Of a stretch of DNA of 44,335 nucleotides, positions 17,539-28,336 are shown piece after piece. This DNA is from Basidiobolus ranarum. Its lineage: Eukaryota. Under the pieces are notes generated by a model. It was not told the origin of the DNA. It did no database searches and saw nothing but the letters and a program-made list of their open reading frames with translations. Location: contig JASJQH010006906.1 in the NCBI GenBank assembly GCA_040143965.1, positions 1-44,335 of the forward strand. Direction: 5' to 3'. A program made the position numbers and the translations under genes. Positions within the stretch are counted from its first letter, which is position 1. Every line of letters starts with the position of its first letter.

Positions 17539-20500
17539 ATGCAAGGGTTTGAAAACCATTTACGTACGGCCGCTACCCAGTTTTCCAATGGAGACTTGAA
17601 GGTACATCAATACATCCTGCCACCACACTTTTCTTCAAGCTCAACGTGTATTCCCTTTTATATTAATGACGTGAAATAGGAGGCGTATTTGAGCTACCTT
17701 TTTGCTGCGCAATCTTTATTGAGTAAATTATCGACAGAAGTGGTTTTTGAAGACAAGAGTAAGTTGACTCTGAATGTTTTCTTTATGTTCATTTTAAACT
17801 AAACTGTCCTGTTTTAAAGGCAGAATTAGTTCCCAGCCCGAATATATACAAAGTCTTTTTTCTATATCAACGAAATGTTTACGGTCAGCTGAGGACATCG
17901 TACGCAATCGGTGTGTTTACTCTCCTTCAACACATCCCTTGATTGAAGAAGAGGAAAAAGATGGCGATATTACGGATACTCCTATATCTGCTTCACCCAA
18001 TATTGTTACTGTCGAGGCTACACTTCCATTGATTCCCTTGTCTCCTTTAACTCAAATGTCAATAATTCATTCAAGCTCCTTAGCATCTGCGAGTCAAAAG
18101 TTAACGCTCGCCAAACGTTCCAAGACTCCTGTTGGATTACCTACTCTAAGAAGATTAACAGAGGATGTTCGTATTCAGCGTGGAAAATTAGATTCCATCA
18201 ACAAACAAATCAAGTCAGTTGCTGATGTAGTGATTTCGAGTTGGAATCCGGATGCCTTAGCAAAGCAATTAACTATAATTGAAGCGCAACTTTTCTCCAA
18301 ACTATCTATCAAAGGTGATTTTCTTTCCGCTAAACCACGTACGACTAAGATTCAAGGATGTCTCGATTTCCATCGGTATATTACGAATAGTATCACTCAT
18401 CAGATAATTGCTGGTTCAGAGGTCAGTAATTCTGCGACTCGTGAACATCCTAGAGACTATATAATCGCTCATGTTATTCGAGCCGCTTATTTGCTGCTGC
18501 ATGTTTACCGAAATTTCAGTGGGTTCGCTGCTATCATTAAGGCTCTAACAAGCCCTGAAGTCAGACGTTTAAGAAAGTCCTGGAAAAAGGTGCCCAGTAA
18601 AACGAAAGAAATGCTGAAAGATCTTAGTAGACATATCAAAGAAGAAAACAAGTTTCGCTCGTATCATGATGCTTTATCTTATAAACTTGGAGAAACCAAG
18701 GAGTTCGGCCCTGGATTGGTGGCTATTCCGTGGATAGAAAGACACCTGGAAAAGTTGGAGGCAGTGCTAAAATCGTATTCCACAGGACGAAAATCCGATG
18801 CAAACAAGTTCGATCCAAGTGTATATCTTTCCGAGCCAGGGGCACGCAAGTTAGAAACAATCTTGTTTACTCTGGAGCAATGCCAAGGAAACCCTTCAGA
18901 AGATCAATTTACAGTAGAAAGACAGAAAACTCCCAGAAGAAGAACTTTCATGGAAATTGATGGTGCAAAGTCACAAATTGCATTGCCATCCAATCTTTTA
19001 GATATTGGTGGAACTGATCTTGCTCTTCATCATTGGCTTGTGTCTCGTGTTTACCTAACAAGGTACCAGCTTTGGGAGGAGAGTTTGGAATACGAATCGC
19101 CGGCATTTGGCGAGCTTGTCCCTACCTTTGTCAAAGAAAATGGCCAAACTCTGATTGAATCCCATCACATGGGTCACCATACAGATACCCCTCACTTCGA
19201 AGACGTGGGGCAATTCAACGACTATTTCCCATCTGAAGGAGACCATCCTCCTATGGATCTGGATAGAATGGAATCTGTAGACGAGTTCTTATCGTTTTTA
19301 GATCAAGATTTGATCGAGTCCTCCACTCCCAATACAGTTCTTCCTAGCGCAAAAGACTATCAATACAACAACCCCTGGGATGAAGGTGACCATACTCCAA
19401 GCCCAACGATAGCCCAGACCCCAAATAGTCATCAGCCCTCTGTTGAGAGAGTATTCGAGGAAACTTCTCCAATCATGTCAGGTTCGGCAGCTGACTCTGA
19501 AATTCTAAGGCGGTTTAAATCGGATCTCCCTGGTCATCGAAATGGTATCCTCTTCAACTCGGTCAAGCCTTCCTCGGCGTTCAACAATGTCTTTGGAGGT
19601 AATTATTTCTTGAAGCCGAGATTTGGATAACGTACAACTCGACTAACATTATTTTTAATTAGATGATTACGATAGCTCATGCAACTCCAGTCCTTTGCCC
19701 TCCAATAGACGCTCAATATTTATCCCTGATGTTGATCCTCTAACTAAAGATTCTAATGAAATTGCTGCCGCTGCCTCCATTCCTACAAATGGAGTGCAAG
19801 CCGATTCTCAGCAATCCCCATCGGGTTCATTGAGTGAACATTCAGATAGTCAGCACTCCGATGCTGAAGAGGACCAGAGCAACGTAGAAGTTGAGAGTGG
19901 TGATCATAAGTTGCTAGATACGGGGGACACGCAAGAGTTCCTCTCGACCTTGTATTTTTCTACTGTTGATATGAATCACGAGAATAATGATCTCGATGAG
20001 TCCTCAGCTTTAGAAAGTATGCACGGCAATCGAGAAGTGCCGGCAATCCAACCTTCCAAAGGCGACAATGATCCGATCTCCCCCAACGGAGTTGACGAGC
20101 ATCATCACCCTTCTGATACTCCAGAGAGCGAACAACTTGAGTCGCTTGGCGAACTAAATGAACCAATATCAACCGAGAAAACAATAGAAGATATCAACGA
20201 ACTCAATGCCACTCCACCGAGTCGGCAACTCGACACTGAACAGGACATATATACAGCAGTCGAATCAGAGGTAAATGAAGATGTGAGCTTCGACGAAGGC
20301 GATACAAAACAAGAGATTTCAAATGCTCAAGATGAAACCCTTGAATTCATCAAAGATAGTAGCTACGATCCTGTAGACGCACCTCAAGAATTGGACCGCA
20401 CAAGCGAGTTGAATGTTGATCCATTGACGAGTAGCTTGCCAGACACTCCTTTTAGTCAAAAGGAAGCGGCCTTGGTTGTACCTGACTTCCAGGAGGATGG

Positions 20501-20765
20501 TGATAATAGTTCTGAAGAGGAGCCTAGAAAATTTCTATCTTTGGAGAAATTGATTCGATTAAATGAACTTGACTATGTTGAGGAGAAGAGTGATGGTGAC
20601 ACTTCCATCACAATCAGCGACGATGAGGCTGGTACTGATACGAAACAAGCAACTGAATACAAGCAGGACTATCGCAAGCCGAATGGTAGAACTGGACCCG
20701 ATTACAATAGCGATGATAGTATTAAAATGAACAACTCCGATCACAACGACAATCCAGATTCTTGA
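17539..20765 (+). CDS. RasGEF (CDC25-like) domain protein with small helical N-terminal domain and long acidic tail
   Basis: Exons MQGFENHLRTAATQFSNGDLK / EAYLSYL... lead into ORF 17939-19630 with RasGEF motifs (LAKQLTIIE, YRNFSGFAAIIKALTSPEVRRLRKSW, AIPW). One intron then leads to the D/E/S-rich ORF 19695-20765. Confidence 0.8.
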
Positions 20766-21070
20766 TTGATATCACACTATGGCAACCCTTCTTCCTTTCC
20801 AATACTCATTTGATATCATATATACCATTTCCTTTACCTTATCGCCACATTGAATCGTGTCTGTGTACGTGTATAAACCTTTTTCATAGTTGACTTTATT
20901 ATTACTATTTATGTTGTTTCCTCCTACAGTCCTTCATCCAATACTTCCGGATTTTTGTGAATCACATCTTCGTCAATAAAAGTATATTTATTTGTTGATC
21001 TGTTGGAGGATGAGGAATATGGCCTCACTAATCAAGTTCCTCATTTATAAGTCCGCCTTCTATCCAAGAA

Positions 21071-22580
21071 TCAACCTCCTAAATGGATTGACAAGCTAGC
21101 ACGTACATCATTAGGATTAAGTTTACTACGAACATTAAATCCCACTCCAATAGCGACCGATACAGCTGGTATTGTACGACTAGTCCCTATGCCAAATAAC
21201 AAGTCAACATCGCCGTTTGAGGTAACGCGAAGCTTGACTGCAGAGCGATTGCTTAGTTGCCATGCACCCCCCACACGTAACACACTCTCAGGAATTGTTG
21301 GCTCTGAATGAATATTTTGATTGATAACACGCTCGAATTCGCCGGCTAGAGTGACTGCTCTTCCGTAATAGAGTACCTTATGTAAATAACCGCCCACTAT
21401 ACGGGATTGTCCATCAGTAGAGAGGACATCCAAGGCCGATACACTGATTTTATATTGATTTGGCTATCGTAGATCAATATTTACCATGAGAAGTCAACGA
21501 GGTTAATATGCAAAGAGCAAAAAATCAACTTGAAGAAAATTGACATTACCATCTCTGAACCGCTTAAATTGTTAAAAACATCACTAGTGTATACTCCAAC
21601 TAAATCGATTTTTTGAAGGGCCAAAAGGGGTTCAATTGCCAACGTAGAGGGATTCCTAAATTTATTTAGAAATTCTTCTCTAGTATGGAGTCGACAACCA
21701 AGTTGTATTTTTTGATTTCTATAAACAATCCAACCACCCATCTTCCTTTTGAGGGGGTTATAAGACGTCTCCATAGTGAAATTCTGGGTTTTAAGGCCGC
21801 CAGCTATTTCCAAATCATAGATGTCAATGGGTTTTTCTTTGGTGAAAGCTTGCTCCGTTTTTCCTCGTAAAGCTAAGTAATTCTTATGTGTTGCAAGATC
21901 ACCATAACTACCCAGAATTAGTGTAAAGACCAAAAGTTAGTTGTCACACAGTATATTATTTAAACAAAGGGTATGCAATTTACCTTAATATGAAAGATTG
22001 AACACTGTTGGTACTGAGGAATAATCTTAATGCAGTCAAACCATCGCCCACACTAAACGTAATAGAGAGCAAACGTATTGGTTACGTGTAGAAAAGCAAA
22101 GATTTAAAAACAGTGAAATAACCATATGTAAGATTTCCCTGAACTACGTGTAGCCTCATTGAAATACTTCACTCCAACCTCCTACGATACAGATGAAGAA
22201 AAGAATATACTTTCAACTAAAGTTCTATTTACGTAGAAAATACAGAATATTCCCACCACTCCCGGCTCAGGGTTTAGTGAAAATGCAATACTGGTATCGT
22301 TGTAGTTACTGTGTAGACATCTCTTGATTTCCTTTGTTAATAGTTCGAAGCTATTTAGGTATCTAACACACAATAGTTGTTATCCCACTTGTTTGCCTAC
22401 CCAAAGTATGTAAGGGTCAAGTTACCTTGTTTTAGGTATTGGGAAAACGGGGAAATCAAAAATAGGATTTATCATACTAGAGGTGTTTTAATGCAACAAG
22501 CAAATAGCCTAATTTCCCCATATATTTGACATCTACAAGCATAAGCTATATCGTCACCTCTTCGACTTCAAATCAGCCAT
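21071..22580 (-). CDS. Predicted beta-barrel membrane protein, eukaryotic porin (VDAC/Tom40/Mdm10) superfamily, OM47-like
   Basis: Exons splice to MADLKSKS-MINPIFDFPVFPIPKTR-YLNSFELLTKEIKRCLHSNY...; the remainder is runs of alternating hydrophobic/polar residues (IDIYDLEIAGG, GGWIVYR, IDLVGVYT, VTLAGEF, LRVGGAWQL, AVKLRVT, VSVAIGVGFNV, VRASLSIHLGG*) with no long hydrophobic helix. The start is 22580 or 22475. Confidence 0.65.
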
Positions 22581-23456
22581 CAAAGTCCCCCCCCCTTTTT
22601 AATATTGCAATTGATTGGCCGCCTAAGCAACGACCAGCTTTACTGCAAAATGATTAACAAACACCATGCACTCCGACTGTAAATTAAAGCACCACAATTC
22701 CACAGAGGTCTTGCAACATCTCTGTACACTTCTAAGCCGTGACATTTAACCTCACCTAAAAAGAAGTATCTTCAGCCATCGAGAACCCTAGCTCTGATGA
22801 GCAACCTGGCGGCACTTGCTCGCAACTCCTCCTAACATCAGGTCAAACTTGGTAATGGTATTAGGGAGGATTGATTTACACAGCTTATCGATCAAAATTC
22901 AGGCTGAAGATAACTGATAACAGAGCATGATAAACCCTTATCTCGATTCTTATCTTACTCCCATCACTCAGTAGCAATCACATGAAAGCAACTTGTCTAA
23001 CCGATCAACAAGCTAGCAAGCTTGACAGGCGATATACCATGTTTTAAGTTACTAAGGCTATTGGTTACATGTCACTACCTGTCATTAATAATGACATATT
23101 ACGCCAATTAAGGAAATGTGCACTATAACCTCCACTTGAAATAACCGAGAGCAGAGCCAATCATTCGCTAGGAATGGGCTATTTCCTGAATTGACCCTTG
23201 ACCCACTAATTTGATAAACCGTTAAAATGTTGATTGGTAAAAGACTACCCAGTCCTAATACAGATCGCACGCAATAGCCAAGAAGCGAAAGTCCAATTTG
23301 GCATGCGATATGTTGTTTTGGGCAATGATGGTGCAAGTGAAAGTTTATCCGACAGGAAGTGATTCTAAAAAGAAAGCCCAACAACGGTAAAAGTTGATTA
23401 TTATGTTGGTTTTATTCAATCCAATTTCATGTAGTACCCGCATGCACCAATCTAGT

Positions 23457-23672
23457 TGAGTCAAATACTGAATGACGAATATGACAACCCTGTTTTCCAA
23501 GAAAATACCTGAATGTGAGAATTCATAGGAAAGTAGGGGAATTGCTATAATTAAAACAGTGGCATTATTGCCGCATGACTGCTCCTTGTAGCTCTCATCA
23601 GATCAATTTAGTCAATGAAAGGGTTTATCTGAGTTGGTCATGGTGACTTGGATAACAATATCCAATGACTGA
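23457..23672. promoter_or_regulatory. Gcn4/CpcA-type bZIP sites upstream of phosphoglycerate dehydrogenase
   Basis: Perfect TGAGTCA at 23457-23463; variants TGACTG at 23576, TTAGTCA at 23608-23614 and TGACTGA at 23666-23672. Confidence 0.5.
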
Positions 23673-23787
23673 TTTACAAATTTTTAATCCTTTCAAATAA
23701 ATAGAGACGCCAAATTCTACGGTGTTAATTATCTTCCATCTCGACGTCTAAGTACACGTTTCCTTCTAATCTATTCCATTTATCAAT

Positions 23788-25144
23788 ATGGTTAGCGACA
23801 GCTTCACTCAACACTTCCAAAACAACACCACACAGTTCAAGCAACTCAGACCTCTTAATAGTGGTGATATTAAGATTCTTTTGCTTGAGAATGTGAACAC
23901 AGCTGCCGTAGAAATGCTTACCAAACAGGGTTACCAGGTATGACATAGAGTATTTCACACAGTCCTTCATTTATTCTAAATATTGATTTCTACACTAGGT
24001 CGAACATCACACCAAAGCTTTGCCCGAGGACGTGTTAATAGAGAAGATTCGCGATGTCAGTGCTATTGGTATCAGAAGCAAGACAAAACTCAGCGCTCGC
24101 GTTCTCAAGGAAGCCAAAGAGCTTCTCCTAATTGGTTGTTTCTGCATTGGTACCAACCAAGTTGACCTTGAGGTTGCCACTAAGCAAGGAATCGCCGTAT
24201 TCAATTCTCCTTTTAGTAATAGTCGCAGTGTTGCCGAGATGGTCATCTCCAACATCATCAGTTTGGCCCGACAATTCGGAGACCGTAACAAAGAAATGCA
24301 CCAAGGTATCTGGAATAAGGTTTCTGCCAATTGCTATGAAATCAGAGGAAAGAAGCTTGGTATTATTGGTTACGGTCACATCGGATCTCAGCTTAGTGTA
24401 TTAGCAGAATCCATGGGTATGCAAGTAATTTTCTATGACGTTCTTCAACTGATGCCCCTTGGTACCGCAAGAACCTGCAGCTCCCTTGAGGAGCTTTTGG
24501 AGAGTGCCGACTTTGTTACCCTTCACGTTCCAGAGACCCCAGAAACCAAGAACATGATTAGCAAACAACAACTAGCTAGAATGCGCAAGGGTTCTTATTT
24601 GATTAATGCTAGTCGTGGAACTGTTGTAGATATTCCTGAATTGGCTGCTGCTTTGAAGTCTGGCCATTTGGCTGGTGCCGCTGTCGACGTATATCCTCAG
24701 GAGCCTCGTGCTAATGGAGATGGTTTTGTCAACGAACTTCAAGGTTGTCCCAATACTATCCTTACCCCTCATATTGGTGGATCTACCGAGGAAGCCCAAT
24801 CCATGATTGGTGTTGAAGTTGCCACTGCTATCATCAAGTACGTGAATTATGGTACCAGTCTTGGTGCAGTTAACTTCCCCCAAGTCGACCTCCGTGCTAT
24901 CCGTGCAAATGAATCCAAGACCATCCGTGTCATCCATACCCATCACAATGTTCCAGGTGTATTGAAGGAGGTCAATAACATTTTGTCTAATCACAATGTG
25001 GAGAAACAAATTTGTGATTCTACTGGGGACATTGCTTATCTTATGGCTGATCTAACGATTAGCGAAGGTGAGGAAGATTTGCACAAGCTTTACGAAAGAG
25101 TTGCTGCTACTCCTGAAACCATTATGACTCGTGTGTTATATTAA
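23788..25144 (+). CDS. SER3: D-3-phosphoglycerate dehydrogenase (one intron, ~23938-23998)
   Basis: KILLLENVN, GIRSKTKL, FCIGTNQVDL, NSPFSNSRSVAE, GIIGYGHIGSQL, INASRG, LTPHIGGSTEEAQ; C-terminal ACT domain (HHNVPGVL). Confidence 0.97.
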
Positions 25145-25370
25145 TCTTCTTTGACCCTTGCCTTTATCTCACATCATGTATAGACATTTAGCCCCCCTTC
25201 ACCATTTAATTCGCATTTGTCTATATGTGTGACATTGCTCACTCCATATAGAACTTTGTGCATGTTAATAAATATCATACACAATTAACCCCTTAGACGA
25301 TTTGACATTGGAAATGGTTTATGATTATTATGATTATTATTATGCATTGATCACCGCCAGGCAAAGCTTA

Positions 25371-26833
25371 TCATTCATGGATCTCCACCAGGTAAAGCTT
25401 CGACAATTCTTCTACCATATTATTCAAGTATGACATGACAGTATGTTCATCTTCGTTGGATAACGTGTTCACTTCGCATGTGGCATGAGTGAATTCCTTT
25501 TCGAATTCTTTCACAATCAAAGTAATAACGATATCCTAAGGCCACATCTGAATAAATATCCATAATTTGATACATTTACTAAGAAAAAAGAAACCTACGT
25601 TGGATTGAAAACGAAATCCAGCCCCTAAAGGAATTCCCTGGGTTGGGTTCAACTTGAATAGCTTTCGCAATGGTGATAAAGGAACATTCACCTTGGTAGA
25701 AGAACCCTCAAGTTCACAGTCGTTAAGAAACTCTTTCTTACACTAAATGAAAACGAAGGTTGGTATGGATGTAAACAGTGGATTTTCTGGAAATACTCAC
25801 CTGATGTACGAGGTACAATCCAAATTCATGGTGGGTACTCAATAATTTCCCAGTACCTGGGCTCGGGAAGTCAACTCTAACCGTAACTATATACTGAATG
25901 TAAAATGGTTGAGTAAGCACTCGAGTTTGAAAAATGCTTCAAGTAAACGTTATACTTGGGAAAATTCGGGTGGTGTCAATAATAATTCAATGCTCACTGC
26001 GGAGAATGGTTCGAGGGTGATCAATTCAGAATCCAGTTTGGATGCCAGACTACTATCGAAGATGGGGGTCATACTATTTGGATGTAATATATGCAGCTAT
26101 GAGAGTAAAGAACATTATACACGCTAAATGTACGTATACTAACCTCTTGGCCATCGAAGAGTTCTGGGATATTAGATAAGAGCTGGATTTAATATGTTCC
26201 AAATCAAAGGGTGTCTATGGAAGGATAGAAATCAGTAATACATCATAACAACCATTTCAAATATGAACTTCGTCTACCTCTTCCGCACCTTCACGAGGTT
26301 TAAATTCGATATGGCAGATAACTTTAGAAACTGGCATCTGGCTATTGTTACTTATCGTAAGAAATAAACGGGGTTTCCCTTCTTCGTCAATAATGACAGT
26401 TTCTTGAAAAAAAATTTAAAATAGGTTTCGAGAAAGCAATAATCGTAAACCCATTACTTGTACGAACACTGATTCGTAAAAAATGTTCCATCACCGAATT
26501 CATAGTTTGTGTCATTTCCAGACTTTGTCGTAAGTTGGTTGCCATAGTCTGTTTAAAAGCAATAAAAGTCAATAACTTGTTGGGTATACCAGGAGGATTA
26601 GTCCTAATTTCATACCGAATATACAGTTCCAAGTGTATTCTGCATTCCTTCGATACTTTGAGCCATTACAGAAGCAACATTATTTCTATTTTATATATAT
26701 AAAGCACTATTAGTATGCTGAGTATCATATAAACAAATCCGCTTTTAGCAGCTAGGTTGTTAGTTACGTACAAAGGGGAATCATTCCTTACTTCGTCCTC
26801 TTTAGCGTTTGTAGTTTTTTTTGAAGTCGACAT
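25371..26833 (-). CDS. Hypothetical multi-exon protein
   Basis: 5' exons splice in frame: MSTSKKTTNAKEDE / LLKADL / NNVASVMAQSIEGMQNTLGTVYS / TMATNL...ISVRT / KTVIIDEEGKPRLFLTISNNSQMPV...; later YIVTVRVDFPSPGTGKLLSTHHEFGLYLVHQ and PLRKLFKLNPTQGIPLG; stop after LVEIHE. Central exon boundaries are uncertain. Confidence 0.65.
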
Positions 26834-27025
26834 GTTAAGTTAACGTCTTCCAAGTTGTTTCAATTGGATATATATTTATTTGAATCTTGGCTGAACTTTT
26901 TTTTCGAAAATTGGGCATTGTTATTACGATTCTAATGTTGACGTCTTCCAGTGATTATACACACAGGAATTAACCAAATCAATGCTAAGATATTTCTAAA
27001 TTCATTTTTTTAAATAAAAAGGGGG

Positions 27026-27164
27026 TCAGAAAGTTTCAGTGTTTGTTCGTAACAAGGTAGGAGCCAAACACCTAGTATCACCGTCTTTCCTCCGAAGAGG
27101 AATGAGTAATCAACTGGAAACATTCATCATGATTGTTGAACTTCTAAATAGAAGGACATTAACA
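27026..27164 (-). ncRNA. SNORD13: Box C/D snoRNA, U13 (SNORD13)/snR45 type, copy 1
   Basis: Reverse complement of copy 2 (137/139 identical). Has the same C box, D box and both 18S antisense elements, and is followed by CCCCCTTTTT. Confidence 0.85.
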
Positions 27165-27189
27165 TCGATTCACACTCCACACACGACGC

Positions 27190-27283
27190 TTATATTGATT
27201 TATGGAATTTATGGGATGTGATTTATGTAGATACCACTGGAAATCCTTTTTCAGAATCCCACATTCAGAATGGAAATATAAAA
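27190..27283. promoter_or_regulatory. Two back-to-back snoRNA promoters (ATCCCA element plus TATA on each strand)
   Basis: + strand: ATCCCA 27256-27261 and TATAAAA 27277-27283. - strand: ATCCCA 27217-27212 and TATAA 27194-27190. Each ATCCCA starts 53 nt from its repeat arm. Confidence 0.6.
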
Positions 27284-27308
27284 GCACAACGCTTTATTAA
27301 GGATTCAG

Positions 27309-27447
27309 TGTTAATGTCCTTCTATTTAGAAGTTCAACAATCATGATGAATGTTTCCAATTGATTACTCATTCCTCTTGGGAGGAAAGACGGTGATACTA
27401 GGTGTTTGGCTCCTACCTTGTTACGAACAAACACTGAAACTTTCTGA
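27309..27447 (+). ncRNA. SNORD13: Box C/D snoRNA, U13 (SNORD13)/snR45 type, copy 2
   Basis: 5' extension TAATG-TCCTTC (27312-27322) and GTTCA (27332-27336) antisense to the conserved 18S 3' end (TGAAC...GAAGGATCATTA). C box ATGATGA 27343-27349. ACCTTGTTACGA (27415-27426) is perfectly antisense to 18S TCGTAACAAGGT and sits in the loop of stem GTGTTTG/CAAACAC. D box CTGA 27444-27447, then a T-run. Confidence 0.87.
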
Positions 27448-27553
27448 TCTTTTTTACTTTAAATTGTACTAAAACCAAAACCTGACTTTAAGCTGATTCG
27501 TTTTTCATATTTATTTACATACAAATCTATGATCAATATATACAGAATTGAAA

Positions 27554-28111
27554 TCAATACATGTGCATATCTCGATGACAAGTTTTACAGAGATATTTCA
27601 TACTCTGAACGTTTCTAGGATTGATGCAGGAAGTGGGTCTGCGAGAACGGAACAGTTTTCGTACCATCGTAGTAAACTTCTGTGAAAATGTAGATTTCAC
27701 TTTCGTATAAACTTCTACACTAGCTTGGCAGTGAGGACAAAAGGCTACAATTGGTGCATGACTGGGCAATGCTACAATCTCGAATTCAGTTGGTCGACGT
27801 TCATGATCCACGACCTCATAAGAAAGTCTACCTTCTTCGTTATTATCTATTACATAGGGTGGAGGTATTTCATTTTCTTCACTTTGAATTGGAGGCGCCG
27901 GTGTCAAATTAGCTAAAGGAGTTTCAATCGAACAGGTCGTCGATTCCTCTATATTCTCAGTGGATCTTGAAGTAGAGTTCGTAGGTGATTGTATGGAAAA
28001 TTCGGAAGGAGTTTCTTCAATATCCTCATAAGAGAAGTAGTTAACGGTGGGTGCAACTTTGTATGGTGTGCTATTGCATATGTAATTTGGATTGCTATTG
28101 TGTGCGTACAT
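27554..28111 (-). CDS. LITAF-like zinc-ribbon protein (intronless)
   Basis: S/T/E/P-rich N-terminus with PPPY motif; C-terminal CPHC ... CKTC knuckles. The hydrophobic segment between the knuckles is weak. Confidence 0.65.
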   Translation of the reverse strand: MYAHNSNPNYICNSTPYKVAPTVNYFSYEDIEETPSEFSIQSPTNSTSRSTENIEESTTCSIETPLANLTPAPPIQSEENEIPPPYVIDNNEEGRLSYEVVDHERRPTEFEIVALPSHAPIVAFCPHCQASVEVYTKVKSTFSQKFTTMVRKLFRSRRPTSCINPRNVQSMKYLCKTCHRDMHMY

Positions 28112-28336
28112 TTCGGATGCTTTTAATGAAGAGAAATTCCAGAATTGGGGGATTCCTGTGACCTTCTAGTTATATAGATTTTCATCAGTAATAGCATCAA
28201 CATGTATCGTAAAATCATCGAATATAGTTGAAATTCTACGGGTTTTTAAGAAAATCATGAATTCTTTTAAAATGAGCATAGTTTGAATGAAATTGGTTTA
28301 TTACAGAGTATAAGTACAAACAAAATTTGACCAAAG

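Larger units (their letters stand above)
27026..27447. repeat. 139-bp inverted repeat with 144-bp spacer
   Basis: Arms 27026-27164 and 27309-27447; only two mismatches (27094/27379 and 27114/27359). Confidence 0.97.

Noticed and set aside
22794-22826. CTGATGA followed by a GAGCAA/TTGCTC hairpin, resembling a hammerhead ribozyme core
   Set aside because: The required GAAA after stem II is missing and no stems I or III are evident.
23085-23384. 99-aa ORF in the long divergent intergenic region
   Set aside because: Non-ATG start and no recognisable coding features.
26660-26752. Apparent transmembrane segment (GFVYMILSILIVLYIY) ending in a stop, suggesting a frameshift or pseudogene
   Set aside because: A 17-nt exon plus a ~60-nt intron with branch site ACTAAT keeps the gene in frame, so no frameshift is needed.
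27047-27058. TCGTAACAAGGT as an 18S/16S rRNA fragment
   Set aside because: Only 12 nt match and the flanks are not rRNA; it is the opposite strand of the snoRNA guide.
27039-27221. 60-aa ORF over the left repeat arm
   Set aside because: GTG start, no protein features, antisense to the snoRNA.
27026-27447. MITE or foldback transposon reading of the inverted repeat
   Set aside because: No target-site duplication is evident, and the arms coincide with a complete C/D snoRNA layout including rRNA-antisense guides.
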